Shown: positions 22,019 through 32,438, counted from the stretch's first letter. The stretch: DNA of 64,000 nucleotides from Acidimicrobiales bacterium (GCA_037968895.1 JBBKWJ010000286.1:9260-73259); one strand, 5' to 3'. Program-made: numbers and translations. The notes: a model not told the origin generated them from the sequence alone.

Positions 22019-23383
22019 CTACGCGAGCTTCGCCAGTGCCGCATTGATCCGCTCGATGACCACCGACCGGTCCATCTCGGCCATAGGTTCGAACAGCGGG
22101 ATGCCGGAGCCTCTGCCAGTCACTGCGACCCGTGCTGGAAGCTGCGTCTTCACGTCGAGTTCGCCACCGACCCCGAAAACAACGGCTTCGAGGGCTTCTG
22201 GGGTCCATTCACAAGTCGCAAGGCGCTCGGCGATGAGGGTTAGGGCGGCCGACGTCTTCTCGTTTCGCATCGCCTTCTTCCACTCTTTGTCGGTCGGTTC
22301 CGCGGGCGGACCGTGGATCCAGTCGACGAATGGAGCAACCTCATCGAGTCGCTTGACCCGGTCTTGCACAAACACAGCCATTCTTGCGAACAGCGCCGGA
22401 TCAACGTCGCCGAGATATGGAATCGCCTGGGCGACAAATTCGTCGATCGGCAAGGCCCGTATGTAGTCGCCGTTGAAGGCGTCGAGCTTCTTGATGTCAA
22501 AGAAGGCCGGGGACTTGTTGATGTCGCTCAGCTCAAAGGCATCAACAAACTCCTGGATAGGCCTGATTTCAATCTCGTCTTTTGGACCCCACCCAAGCGT
22601 CAGCAAGTAGTTACGCATGGCGTCGGGCAAGTAACCGCGAGCCGTGTAGTCGCCGACGGAAACATCGTCGCGGCGCTTCGAGAGCTTCTGACGTTTCTCG
22701 TTGACGATCAGCGGCAGGTGGGCGTACATCGGGTGTTCGGTTGATCCAAGCGCCTCACGCAGCAGCAAGACACGCGGCGTCGTGTTGACCAAGTCTTCGC
22801 CTCGCACCACGTGCGTAATGTTCATGTCGAGGTCGTCGTAGGCGTTGGCCAAGTGGAACATTGGCACACCACTCGACCGCACAATGATGAAGTCTTCGAG
22901 AAGTGCGTTCTCGAACTCGACCGTGCCCCGAATGGCGTCTTCCCAGCTAGTGGTACCAGTGTCTGGTGTCAGGAACCGGATAACGACTCCCTCACCAGGT
23001 GCGACATCACGGTCTCGACAGAAACTGTCGTAGCCGGAAGCACCAGCCCCCCGGGCCTCGGCCCGCTCTTTCACCGCATCCTGAGTGCAATCGCAGTAGT
23101 AGGCCTTGCCGTCGTCGAGAAAGGTCTTGGCGGCGGCGATGTACTGGTCGAACCGATCGGACTGCCGGTACTCCTCGTCCCAGTCGATACCGAGCCAGGT
23201 CAGGCTGTCGTAGATGGCTTGAATCAACTCAGGCCGGGAACGATCGGCGTCGGTGTCCTCAATACGGAGAACCATGGTCCCGCCTGTATGGCGGGCATAC
23301 ATCCAGTTGAACAGAGCCGAGCGGGCTCCGCCAACGTGTAAGTATCCGGTCGGGGCTGGGGAGAATCGAACGCGTACGGTCAC
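22019..23383 (-). CDS. gltX: Glutamate--tRNA ligase
   Basis: 454-aa ORF with a class I HIGH region (RFSPAPTGYLHVGGARSALFNW) and the KMSKS variant KLSKR. tRNA-Gln and tRNA-Glu lie downstream on the same strand. Confidence 0.95.
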   Translation of the reverse strand: MTVRVRFSPAPTGYLHVGGARSALFNWMYARHTGGTMVLRIEDTDADRSRPELIQAIYDSLTWLGIDWDEEYRQSDRFDQYIAAAKTFLDDGKAYYCDCTQDAVKERAEARGAGASGYDSFCRDRDVAPGEGVVIRFLTPDTGTTSWEDAIRGTVEFENALLEDFIIVRSSGVPMFHLANAYDDLDMNITHVVRGEDLVNTTPRVLLLREALGSTEHPMYAHLPLIVNEKRQKLSKRRDDVSVGDYTARGYLPDAMRNYLLTLGWGPKDEIEIRPIQEFVDAFELSDINKSPAFFDIKKLDAFNGDYIRALPIDEFVAQAIPYLGDVDPALFARMAVFVQDRVKRLDEVAPFVDWIHGPPAEPTDKEWKKAMRNEKTSAALTLIAERLATCEWTPEALEAVVFGVGGELDVKTQLPARVAVTGRGSGIPLFEPMAEMDRSVVIERINAALAKLA

Positions 23384-23394
23384 GCTGTCAAAGG

Positions 23395-23919
23395 CTAATG
23401 GGCTTGACCCAAGATCAGGTTGGCCCAGCCAGACTGATATGCCGACCGAACCCCGTGCACATCCTTTGCGAGCACGTCGGCTCCGACCATGTCGACGATT
23501 TCGCGACGCTCACGGTAGTGATGGCTGCTTGCCACCTCGGCGAAAAGGGTCTCTCGCAGCGCCACGAGATCTTCCGGGGGATTGGGGTCGAGGAACCCCC
23601 ACACTGTGAAGGCAATCTCGATGTCTTCGGCCATTGGACCGCGGCCGAAAGAGGCCGCTCGCTTGGTCGCAATTCCCACGCACGCGGCAACGGCATCGGC
23701 TCGGCTCACGCGCCCAAGCTTGATATCGAATTGGTCGACCAACTTGAAGGCGAAGCCCTGATCAGGTCCTTGCGATCCCAGTTGTGCGCCGTCTGGCTGG
23801 CCAACGTCGAGATCACCAGGCCGATTAGCCGACCACGAGCGGATTCGTCGTGGCGGCGAGTGGTATCCGCGAACAACTTGCGATCGATCTGTTGGGACAA
23901 AGTCAGGAGCAGCCACCAA
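23395..23919 (-). CDS. Hypothetical protein
   Basis: 174-aa ORF, 11 nt downstream of gltX on the same strand. Its translation looks far more protein-like than the fully overlapping plus-strand ORF 23398-23967, which is Arg/Ser/His/Cys-rich. I recognised no motif. Confidence 0.5.
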   Translation of the reverse strand: MVAAPDFVPTDRSQVVRGYHSPPRRIRSWSANRPGDLDVGQPDGAQLGSQGPDQGFAFKLVDQFDIKLGRVSRADAVAACVGIATKRAASFGRGPMAEDIEIAFTVWGFLDPNPPEDLVALRETLFAEVASSHHYRERREIVDMVGADVLAKDVHGVRSAYQSGWANLILGQAH

Positions 23920-23980
23920 TGGAGACTAGCGTACGGACTTCAGCATCGTCATCTCTCGAAGCGCTAAGGAACTACCCAAA

Positions 23981-24466
23981 ATGGACAGCACTCTGTACAA
24001 GATCGTTCTTCTGCTCCACATCGCGGCCGCGATCGTTGGATTCGGTGGCGTCATCGCCCACGGCGCCTACAACGCAAAGGCGTTCGCGGCCAAGGCGGGC
24101 GAAGCAGGAGTGATCTTGCGAGCGACACAAACCGTCACCAATCTGGCCCACTACGCGATCTACGGCGTCTTCCTTCTTGGCATCATTCTTGTCTCGCTCA
24201 GCGACAAGGTGATCAGCATGGGCGCCGCTTGGATTTCAGCCTCAATGCTCGTGTGGTTCCTCCTCGTTGGCGTGGCCCATGGTCTGGTCAAGCCAACTGT
24301 TCGAGGTCTGCTCACCGAAGCCGACGCAATGGCCGCTGACGACGTCATGTCGTCAAGTCCTGGCGTTGTTGCCTTGGCCAAGAAGCTCGCGTTGGGCGAG
24401 GCACTCACTCAGATCCTGCTGGTTATCTCAATCATTTTGATGGTCTGGAAGCCAGGCCAGAGCTAA
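23981..24466 (+). CDS. Integral membrane protein (4 TM), unknown function
   Basis: 161-aa ORF with four clear hydrophobic helices (KIVLLLHIAAAIVGFGGVIAHG etc.). Confidence 0.7.
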   Translation: MDSTLYKIVLLLHIAAAIVGFGGVIAHGAYNAKAFAAKAGEAGVILRATQTVTNLAHYAIYGVFLLGIILVSLSDKVISMGAAWISASMLVWFLLVGVAHGLVKPTVRGLLTEADAMAADDVMSSSPGVVALAKKLALGEALTQILLVISIILMVWKPGQS

Positions 24467-24498
24467 CCCACTCGTTTTCGCCCTGAGCTTTAGAATCG

Positions 24499-27009
24499 GT
24501 GCCCTCATGCCGATTGGAAGAGATGAACGCAGGGGCGACAGAACTGTCACATCATCTCCGGGGCGTGCTTTCGCGCCATCCGATCGCTGTTGATTGTGCA
24601 AGAAGCGCCTCGACCTTCGCGAAGAGCGTCGCCGAGGTCGTGGTATTTGAGGATTCCCGCGCCTTCATTGTCGCCTCAAGCGCCCCGAACGTCCTTCAGC
24701 CACGGCATCTAAAGGCCGCTGAGCACCAGTTGATCGCCAAAGGTGGCGGTGCTGCAATTGAAGAAGGCGCGGCCAGCTTCGCTATTCGCGATGGTTCCGG
24801 CCACACAGTTGGCGCACTCACGCTTCACGACGCGACAGACCTTGGCGACGCTGATGGATTCCACGCCCTCTGTCGACTCATCACCGCTGCGGTTATCGGG
24901 GCCGAGAAGGAGCTTGGATCACAGAGCATCGAAACCGCGGTGCTCGAAGGTCTGCGGGACGCCGTGGTTGTGCTCGACGCTGAGCTCAACGTCACCTGGG
25001 TCAACCGGGCCGTTGGATCGCTCTTTGGCCGTACGCCGGCCGATGTCATCGGAAAATCAGCAATCGACTTACTTCACCCCGACGATGTCGTTGTTGCATT
25101 CGATGCGATTACACGGCTGAGCGAAGGGCTCGAGATCTGGCGTGTATTCGTCAGAATCGAACGAGGCGATGGCGATTTCGAGCGAGTCGAGGTCACCGGC
25201 GTCGATCAATCTTCGCATCCTGCGCTCGGCGGCATGGTCCTATCGTTACGAGCGGCTGGCCAAGCCGATGAACTCCAACTCGCAATTGAGCGCGCCGCTC
25301 GCATGAATGATGCGATCCTCTCTGGGCTCCACGACGGCATCGTCGCAACCGATAGTTTCGGGGCGATCACGCTCGTAAATGACTTTGCTCGAACGATGTT
25401 TGGCCTCGATCCCGATGCGCCACCCTCAAGCCTCAACCTCGCCGATTTCGCCCTCCTCGACACCGACGGACGAACACTCGCTCACGACCTCGGCCTCAGT
25501 TCCGAAGCCTTCGGCGATGAGCCCCGAGAACTCTGCGTTATCTCAACCCGTTCCGAACTTCGTCACGTCATCACCCAGCGACGGGTAGTCCGTGATGCGG
25601 CCGGCGAAGCGCTTGGTTCGGTTGTTGCCTTTCACGACATCACCGATGCTCGCCGATCGGCCGAGGAACTCCGAGACCAGGCGCTTCACGACCAGCTCAC
25701 CGGTTTGCCGAATCGCCGACAGCTGGAGAATCTCCTGCTCGAACTCTCGGCGTCAAGCCCAGATACCACCGTCGCCGCTTGCTTCATCGACCTCGATGGT
25801 TTCAAGACTGTCAACGACACGCACGGACACCGCGCTGGCGATCGACTCATCAGGGTCGCCGCTCAGCGCCTCGAATCCGAGCTTCGCACCAACGATCTTC
25901 TCGTTCGTCAGGGTGGCGACGAGTTCGTCGCCTTGCTAACCGAGGTCAGCGGACCTGAAGAAGCACTTGCGGTCGCCGAGCGACTTCGGGTCGCGTTGCA
26001 CCGGCCGTACACGCTCGACGATGATCGCTTCGATCTCACCGCCTCTGTCGGCGTTGCCCTCGCCCCCACCACCGAACTCGGCGACGACACGCTTCTTCGC
26101 CAAGCAGACATTGCGCTGTACTCGGCCAAAGCGCGCGGACGAAATCGCGTCGAGGTATTCGACGCTGACCTTTCCGTCGCCGTCGAGCTTGAAGAACGCC
26201 AGCGTCGTCTCCTTCGCGAGGCACTAGAGAACGATCGCCTTGTGATGCACTTTCAACCGCTGATCGACACCCTCACCGGGAGAACGACAGGCTACGAGGC
26301 GCTCGCCCGCTGCCGCGATGAGCACGGCACGCTGGTTGGTCCGGCTGGGTTTATGGAATCGATCACCCATTCCGGTCTGATGTGGGATCTCGACCAAGCC
26401 GCCTTCAAACTTTCGTGCCAGGCCGCCGCCGTACTAGCAAAGGTCACTCCCGGCAGCCCACCGATAATCGCTTGCAACTTCTCCGCTATCAGTCTTGTGC
26501 AGACGGGTCTCGCCGCTTTCATCTGTGAGACCACGGAGCGTTACGGCGTCGAAAATTCACAGATCTGTATTGAGATAACTGAGAGCTCAGCATTCGACGC
26601 GGGGCCAAAGAGTCTTGCGACCCTCGGCGAGCTTCACTCGAAGGGCTTCTTACTAGCGCTCGACGACTTCGGCACCGGCTACTCGTCACTCGCTCACCTT
26701 CGTGACCTTCCACTGACGTCGGTGAAAGTCGACAGAAGCTTCATTGCGAAGCTGACTGACCGCAGCTCTGAACGAGCAATCGCCGAAGCAATCGTCGGTC
26801 TTGCCGCTGACCTTGGCCTAGGCGTTGTCGCCGAAGGCGTCGAGAACCTCGAGCAGCTCACGCACGCACAATCGATGGGCTTCGGCACGATCCAAGGCTG
26901 GCATTACTCACCCGCCCTTGCGCTCACCGAGATTCTGAGCGACTGGCTCGGCACCTCTTCAGACGACGCGAATACCGCTGCCGCGTCAAGACTCCGCCCT
27001 GGAAAATAG
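24499..27009 (+). CDS. PAS-domain GGDEF/EAL protein (c-di-GMP turnover)
   Basis: 836-aa ORF. PAS-like segments, then GGDEF (RQGGDEFVALL, preceded by LTGLPNRR) and EAL (YEALARC, DDFGTGYSSL, KVDRSF, EGVE) domains. The exact start is uncertain. Confidence 0.9.
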   Translation: MPSCRLEEMNAGATELSHHLRGVLSRHPIAVDCARSASTFAKSVAEVVVFEDSRAFIVASSAPNVLQPRHLKAAEHQLIAKGGGAAIEEGAASFAIRDGSGHTVGALTLHDATDLGDADGFHALCRLITAAVIGAEKELGSQSIETAVLEGLRDAVVVLDAELNVTWVNRAVGSLFGRTPADVIGKSAIDLLHPDDVVVAFDAITRLSEGLEIWRVFVRIERGDGDFERVEVTGVDQSSHPALGGMVLSLRAAGQADELQLAIERAARMNDAILSGLHDGIVATDSFGAITLVNDFARTMFGLDPDAPPSSLNLADFALLDTDGRTLAHDLGLSSEAFGDEPRELCVISTRSELRHVITQRRVVRDAAGEALGSVVAFHDITDARRSAEELRDQALHDQLTGLPNRRQLENLLLELSASSPDTTVAACFIDLDGFKTVNDTHGHRAGDRLIRVAAQRLESELRTNDLLVRQGGDEFVALLTEVSGPEEALAVAERLRVALHRPYTLDDDRFDLTASVGVALAPTTELGDDTLLRQADIALYSAKARGRNRVEVFDADLSVAVELEERQRRLLREALENDRLVMHFQPLIDTLTGRTTGYEALARCRDEHGTLVGPAGFMESITHSGLMWDLDQAAFKLSCQAAAVLAKVTPGSPPIIACNFSAISLVQTGLAAFICETTERYGVENSQICIEITESSAFDAGPKSLATLGELHSKGFLLALDDFGTGYSSLAHLRDLPLTSVKVDRSFIAKLTDRSSERAIAEAIVGLAADLGLGVVAEGVENLEQLTHAQSMGFGTIQGWHYSPALALTEILSDWLGTSSDDANTAAASRLRPGK

Positions 27010-27065
27010 GCGCAGCTTCATCAGCGCGGCGGAATGAAGCGAGGCCTGTGTCGTGTTTCACACCC

Positions 27066-27281
27066 ATGGCCCAATCGCAAGGCAAGAAGCAAACCACACA
27101 ACCAAAGGGAAAACCGACACCGAGTAGGAAGTCGACCGAGTCCCGGCCGATACGCGCATCCACTCGCCTCGTCCCGCTTCAGTGGATTGGTTTCGCAGCA
27201 CTCCTGATCGCCATCATTGTTCTGGCGATCATCTTCGGCCCCGAAGGAAGCGGCGGGAGAACTGGCGTCGGCCACAACTGA
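27066..27281 (+). CDS. Possible small basic single-TM protein
   Basis: 71 aa from ATG 27066: a Lys-rich N-terminus then the TM helix WIGFAALLIAIIVLAIIF. Codon bias is only moderate and I recognised no homology. Confidence 0.35.
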   Translation: MAQSQGKKQTTQPKGKPTPSRKSTESRPIRASTRLVPLQWIGFAALLIAIIVLAIIFGPEGSGGRTGVGHN

Positions 27282-27326
27282 TCACCTGTCCGCCTGGATC
27301 GCAGAAGTTGGTGCGAGACTTCGGCC

Positions 27327-28172
27327 ATGAGCGAGCGGACGATGATCACTGGAACGAGCGGACGTATTGGTCGAGCCGTCGCCAAGTTGTTCGAAGAGAA
27401 CGAAAGTCGCATCGTCGGCGTCGATAAGCGTGCAGGATCTTTCACGACCATTGTTGGTGACTTGGCCTCGATCGACCTCGGCCCGGTGCTTCGAAAGTGC
27501 CATACGGTGATCCACTGCGCTGCGCTTCATGCGCCCCACCTCGCCGACCACAGCCGAGCCGAATTCGTTTCGGCAAACCTCACCGCAACCGATCGACTAC
27601 TTGCGACCGCGGTTGATGCTGGTGTGACACGGTTCGTATTCATCAGCACGACCTCTGTGTACGGTCGCTCCCTAGAAAATGCTCAGGCTGCCGTTTGGGT
27701 CGACGAAGAACTGCAGCCGGAACCCCGAGATATCTACGACGAAACGAAGTTCGCCGCTGAGGCGCTCGTCGACAACGCCCATGGCGCAGGCTTCACGACC
27801 GTCACACTTCGCCTTGCCCGCTGTTTTCCCGAAACACCAAGCGAGACCGTGGTGAACCGGCTGTATCGGGGGCTTGACATACGAGATGCAGTTCAGGGCA
27901 TCTCAGCTGCTACCGACGCAGATCTCACCCAGCATCACGTCTTGAACATTGCGGGTCCCCGGGTGTTTGAGAAGTTCGACGCGCACGATCTGCGGCACGA
28001 CGCCTCCAAAGTCATCGCCAGGCGACTTCCTTGGCTCAGCGCTGAGTTCGCTGACCGAGGATGGGAACTCCCGAAATCAATCGATCGGATCTACGTCTCC
28101 GACGCCGCCGGGCTCCTGATCAACTACCGCCCGGCTCACGGGCTGAGGAGCGCTCTCGCGTCACCTCAATGA
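27327..28172 (+). CDS. NAD-dependent epimerase/dehydratase family protein
   Basis: N-terminal Rossmann motif ITGTSGRIGRAV and the SDR-extended catalytic YDETK. Confidence 0.85.
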   Translation: MSERTMITGTSGRIGRAVAKLFEENESRIVGVDKRAGSFTTIVGDLASIDLGPVLRKCHTVIHCAALHAPHLADHSRAEFVSANLTATDRLLATAVDAGVTRFVFISTTSVYGRSLENAQAAVWVDEELQPEPRDIYDETKFAAEALVDNAHGAGFTTVTLRLARCFPETPSETVVNRLYRGLDIRDAVQGISAATDADLTQHHVLNIAGPRVFEKFDAHDLRHDASKVIARRLPWLSAEFADRGWELPKSIDRIYVSDAAGLLINYRPAHGLRSALASPQ

Positions 28173-29839
28173 ACAGCGTCGGCGGCGGAAATTGCGTAGA
28201 CGATCGAATCGGACAGCGCTTGCCACGATGCTTCGATGATGTTTTCGCTCACGCCGATCGTTGACCATCGTGTATCCCCGTTTGTTGCGTCAATCAGCAC
28301 GCGAGTGACTGCCCGGGTGCCGCTGGCCGAATCGAGAATACGAACTTTGAAGTCAGCGAGACGGACCTCGGCAAGCGCTGGAAAGCGGTCGCCGACGGCC
28401 GATCTGAATGCGGCATCGAGCGCGTTGACCGGTCCGTTTCCTTCGCCAGTTGCGACAACCCGCTCCTCGCCGATCTGGAGTTTGAGCGTCGCCTCTGTCT
28501 CAACTCCGTCGTAGTGACCGAGCGGATTCTCTGAGAGCGCCATCTTCTCACCCGGTCGATGTTCGACGATTACTCGGAACGACTCAAGCGTGAAGTATGG
28601 GTTGGTCCAACCGGTCGCCCGGCGCATGAGTAGCTCGAGCGATGCATCGGCGGCTTCGAAGTGATAGCCGACGTGCTCGAGTTCCTTGAGCTCATCGAGC
28701 ACCGACTTCAGTTGAGGCCCAGTGAGTTCGAGACCAAGGCTCTTCGCCTTTAGCTCAACCGTGGAGCGCCCTGAAAGATCGCTCACCAAGAACCGGGTGC
28801 CGTTGCCGACTAGCGCTGGGTCGACGTGTTCGTACGCGTCGGGGCGGCGAGCGATGGCGGAAGTGTGGAGACCGGCCTTGTGCGCGAACGCAGACTTGCC
28901 GACGTATGGCAATGCATCGTTTGGTGGCAGGTTGACCAGTTCGGCGACGTGACGACTCACTTCGGTCAGGCGCTCGATAGCACCATCTGGCAGCGTGCGA
29001 ATGCCCATCTTCAGCGAGAGGTTCGGCACGAAGGTGGTGAGGTCACAGTTGCCGGTTCGCTCGCCGTAGCCGTTGATGGTTCCCTGCACATGGGTGGCCC
29101 CAGCCCGAACGCCAGCAACGGCGTTTGCTACGGCGCAGCCAGTGTCGTTCTGGGTGTGCATGCCAACTTTGATCTCGGGGAACATCTCAACAACAGTGCG
29201 AGTCGCCGACTCGATGTCGTGAGGCATTGAGCCACCATTGGTGTCGCACAGCACGAGTACCTCGGCACCAGCGAGGGCAGCCGCTTCAACCGCACGAAGG
29301 GTGAACTCAGGATTGCGCTTGTAGCCATCGAAGAAGTGCTCGAAGTCGACGAACACTCGGCGGCCCTGCGAGCGCAGGTATTCGACCGAGTCGAAGATCA
29401 TCGCTACACCCTCGTCGAGGGTGGTACGGAGGGCCTCAAGAACGTGATAGTCCCAGCTCTTGGCGACGATGCAGCAGATTTCGGTTTTGGCGTTGATCAA
29501 GTTGGCGAGCGTCGGGTCGTCATCGACCTTTCCCTTTGGTCGACGAGTCGAACCGAAGGCCACAAGCTCCGACGTAGCGAACGTCAGCTCGCCGGCCGCA
29601 ACTCTGGCGAAGAACTCATCGTCACGCGGGTTCGAACCTGGCCATCCGCCCTCGATGTATTGCACTCCGAGATAGTCGAGCCGTTCGGCAATGCGAAGCT
29701 TGTCGTCGGCGGTGAGAGCAATGCCTTCAAACTGCGAGCCGTCACGAAGCGTCGTGTCGAAGATCTCGACGCTCTCTGGCCACTCGTCTCGATGGATCGC
29801 CGAACGCGAGATAGTCATTTGCTCCGGCGAATCGGTCAC
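28166..29839 (-). CDS. cimA: (R)-citramalate synthase (LeuA-related)
   Basis: 557-aa ORF with the DRE-TIM fold start IFDTTLRDGSQFEGIALT, LGVQYIEGGWPGSNPRD, and the long C-terminal regulatory domain typical of the CimA subgroup. 4-nt overlap with ilvE. Confidence 0.82.
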   Translation of the reverse strand: MTDSPEQMTISRSAIHRDEWPESVEIFDTTLRDGSQFEGIALTADDKLRIAERLDYLGVQYIEGGWPGSNPRDDEFFARVAAGELTFATSELVAFGSTRRPKGKVDDDPTLANLINAKTEICCIVAKSWDYHVLEALRTTLDEGVAMIFDSVEYLRSQGRRVFVDFEHFFDGYKRNPEFTLRAVEAAALAGAEVLVLCDTNGGSMPHDIESATRTVVEMFPEIKVGMHTQNDTGCAVANAVAGVRAGATHVQGTINGYGERTGNCDLTTFVPNLSLKMGIRTLPDGAIERLTEVSRHVAELVNLPPNDALPYVGKSAFAHKAGLHTSAIARRPDAYEHVDPALVGNGTRFLVSDLSGRSTVELKAKSLGLELTGPQLKSVLDELKELEHVGYHFEAADASLELLMRRATGWTNPYFTLESFRVIVEHRPGEKMALSENPLGHYDGVETEATLKLQIGEERVVATGEGNGPVNALDAAFRSAVGDRFPALAEVRLADFKVRILDSASGTRAVTRVLIDATNGDTRWSTIGVSENIIEASWQALSDSIVYAISAADAVH

Positions 29840-30762
29840 GTTGTCTCGTTCGCTAGTTCACACCAATGGCGGTACTCGTCGACCTGACCGCGAACGGCTT
29901 TTGCGTAGACGTCGGCGATCGCCTTTGTGATCGGCCCCGGACACGGGATCTCACGATCGTCGACCGAGTTGACCGCACTGACTTCAGCCGCCGTGCCAAC
30001 AACGAACATCTCTTCGCAGACGTAGAGGTCGCTGCGTGAAAGGTCGGACACTCGAACCTCGTAGCCAAGATCGCGAGCGATGGTGGAGACGGCGTGTTGC
30101 GTGATGCCTTCGAGTGCACCTGATGCGGACGGCGGCGTGAAAATGACGCCACCGCGCACGATGAACAGGTTTTCGCCCGAGCACTCCGCCACGAGACCAG
30201 CACCGTTGAGCATGACCGCTTCGTCGTAGCCGGCCTTGAGCGCTTCCATCTTGGCGAGGGTTGAGTTGGCGTAGTTACCGGTGGTCTTCGAGGCCGGCGG
30301 CATGATGTTGTGATCGTGACGCTGCCACGACGAAATCTTCAGACGGACGCCCTTCGAGATCGCGTCGTCACCGAGGTATGCGCCCCAAGGCCAGCAGGCA
30401 ATAGAAACGTCGGTCTTGCACTCGGTCGTCGCCAAGCCCATCTCGCCGTAGCCGTAGTAGGCAAGCGGACGGATGTAACACGAGTTGAGCCCAGTCGAAC
30501 GCACTGTCTCTTTGGCCGCGTCGACGAGTTCTTCGACGCTATATGGCATGTCCATCATCAGGATCTTGGCCGAGTTGTGCAGACGTTGCATGTGTTCGGT
30601 AAGTCGGAAGATGGCCGGCCCGTCGGCCGACTCATACGCTCGGATTCCTTCGAATACGGCGGTGCCGTAGTGGAGTGAGTGGGTGAGAATGTGGACGGTC
30701 GCGTCTTCCCAGTTGACGAGCGAACCGTTCATCCAGATCTTGGGTGTTGGGGTGATTGGCAT
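29836..30762 (-). CDS. ilvE: Branched-chain amino acid aminotransferase
   Basis: 308-aa ORF, class IV aminotransferase pattern (HSLHYGTAVFEGIRAY, NYANSTLAK, EGITQ). Confidence 0.93.
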   Translation of the reverse strand: MPITPTPKIWMNGSLVNWEDATVHILTHSLHYGTAVFEGIRAYESADGPAIFRLTEHMQRLHNSAKILMMDMPYSVEELVDAAKETVRSTGLNSCYIRPLAYYGYGEMGLATTECKTDVSIACWPWGAYLGDDAISKGVRLKISSWQRHDHNIMPPASKTTGNYANSTLAKMEALKAGYDEAVMLNGAGLVAECSGENLFIVRGGVIFTPPSASGALEGITQHAVSTIARDLGYEVRVSDLSRSDLYVCEEMFVVGTAAEVSAVNSVDDREIPCPGPITKAIADVYAKAVRGQVDEYRHWCELANETT

Positions 30763-30779
30763 GAGGATCTCCTACGGCG

Positions 30780-31757
30780 CTAGGCCAACTTGGCGGCGAC
30801 GGCGTCACCGATCTCTGACGTACTACCGGTCATGCCGGTTAACTCATCACACGCTGCTTCGACTCGAGCAGCCGCTTCTTTCTGGCCGAGGAAGTCAAGC
30901 ATCAGCGCGCCGGACAAGATTGCGGCAAGCGGGTTTGCCTTCGCTTGGCCCGCAATATCGGGAGCCGAACCATGGACGGGCTCGAACATCGACGGCCCGG
31001 TTCGGGCCGGATTGAGATTGGCCGATGAGGCCAGTCCGATTCCACCGGATACAGCGCCACCGAGGTCGGTAAGGATGTCACCGAAGAGGTTGTCGGTGAC
31101 AATGACGTCGTAGCGCTGTGGGTCTTGTACGAAGTAGATGCAGGCTGCGTCAACGTGGTTGTATGCGGTATCGACGTCGGCGAAATCGGGGGCGGCTTCG
31201 TTGAACGAACGCTCCCACAGATCACCGGCGAAAGTCAGGACGTTGGTCTTGTGTACGAGAGTGAGATGCTTGCGCCGGCTCTGGGCGAGTTCGAATGCGT
31301 AGCGAACCGCTCGCTCGGTGCCCATTCTTGTGTTGACCGAACCCTGGGTTGCGACCTCAAATGGTGTGCCTTTGCGGAGAAAGCCACCTTCACCGGCATA
31401 GGTGCCTTCGGTGTTCTCTCGAATCACAACGAACTCGTGGCCAGGCGCCTTGAACGGCCGCTGGTTGATATAGAGGTCGAGCTCAAAGCGCATCTTGAGC
31501 AGTAGCCCACGCTCAATCACACCAGGCGTGACGTCAGGATGGCCAACGGCGCCGAGATAGATGGCGTCGAACTCGCGCCACTCGTCAAGCACCGAGTCAG
31601 GAAGAATTACGCCGTCTCGAAGGTAGCGGGCACCGCCAAGGTCATAGTCGACAGTATCTAGCGAGACGCCAGCTGCAGAAATGACCTTAAGTCCCTCGGC
31701 AATGACCTCTGGCCCAATTCCATCTCCTCCGACGACGGCCACATTCAACGAACTCAC
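30780..31757 (-). CDS. leuB: 3-isopropylmalate dehydrogenase
   Basis: VAVVGGDGIGPEV near the N-terminus and NLFGDILTDLGG. Start chosen at GTG 31757, with GGAG 5 nt upstream. The track start is TTG 31805. Confidence 0.93.
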   Translation of the reverse strand: MSSLNVAVVGGDGIGPEVIAEGLKVISAAGVSLDTVDYDLGGARYLRDGVILPDSVLDEWREFDAIYLGAVGHPDVTPGVIERGLLLKMRFELDLYINQRPFKAPGHEFVVIRENTEGTYAGEGGFLRKGTPFEVATQGSVNTRMGTERAVRYAFELAQSRRKHLTLVHKTNVLTFAGDLWERSFNEAAPDFADVDTAYNHVDAACIYFVQDPQRYDVIVTDNLFGDILTDLGGAVSGGIGLASSANLNPARTGPSMFEPVHGSAPDIAGQAKANPLAAILSGALMLDFLGQKEAAARVEAACDELTGMTGSTSEIGDAVAAKLA

Positions 31758-31880
31758 GTGCGCTCCAATCAAGGTCGGATCCTCGCTCCGACATAAGACA
31801 GTCAACCTTACTGCTCAAGTACGCCGCCGGTTCATCCGATATCTCAAGTTAGTAACTTCAAGGTTCGCCGGCTCGGAGGA

Positions 31881-32438
31881 ATGATGAGCGCTCTAGATCT
31901 CGACTTTTCAATAAAGGGTGCTCCTGCAAGCTGGCTCGATAACGAGGCAGAGCAGGAGGAGGCCGAAACCATCTGGCGCCCAAAGCGCAAGAAGCACCTC
32001 ACCCACCTCAAGGGCAAACCAGCCGACGTCTTCACCGGCGCGACTGTAATGCTCCTGCTTAGCTCAGTAGTTGGCTACGCCTGGTACGAGGGCCAGCTTC
32101 AGGAAGGTAGGCCGCTCGCTGTCTGGGCGATTCCGATCGGTATTCTGTATGCATTGGTGATCAGACTCGCTTCCGGTAAGGGCGATCCTGACATTCGATC
32201 GATGCTTTCATCTGTCTTCTATGCAGTGACGTTGCTTGGATCGGCCTACATGGTGATCCGCCATGACTTCATCTTGATTTACGGCCATGAGCCCGGCCCA
32301 AGCGACATCGACCATTTCATGATCCGTGATCGCCTGCAGCAACCACGCGTCATTCTGAGCTGGGCTGCTGGCTTCTGGGCAACGATCCATGTCAGCTACA
32401 TGTTGCACGGTCGCAAGCGCGGAAGCCTTACTGGGTAG
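31881..32438 (+). CDS. Membrane protein, unknown function
   Basis: 185-aa ORF with a charged N-terminus followed by about four hydrophobic helices. Lies immediately upstream of greA. Confidence 0.6.
   Translation: MMSALDLDFSIKGAPASWLDNEAEQEEAETIWRPKRKKHLTHLKGKPADVFTGATVMLLLSSVVGYAWYEGQLQEGRPLAVWAIPIGILYALVIRLASGKGDPDIRSMLSSVFYAVTLLGSAYMVIRHDFILIYGHEPGPSDIDHFMIRDRLQQPRVILSWAAGFWATIHVSYMLHGRKRGSLTG

Noticed and set aside
23398-23967. 189-aa plus-strand ORF fully overlapping the 174-aa minus ORF.
   Set aside because: Third-position GC by hand count was inconclusive over the 22 codons I checked. However, the plus translation is Arg/Ser/His/Cys-rich, and the minus ORF continues the gltX strand. 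The minus ORF is preferred at modest confidence.
27015-27040. Hairpin GCTTCAT-(12 nt)-ATGAAGC just after the GGDEF/EAL gene.
   Set aside because: The stem is only 7 bp with a large loop and no U-tract, which is too weak to call a terminator.
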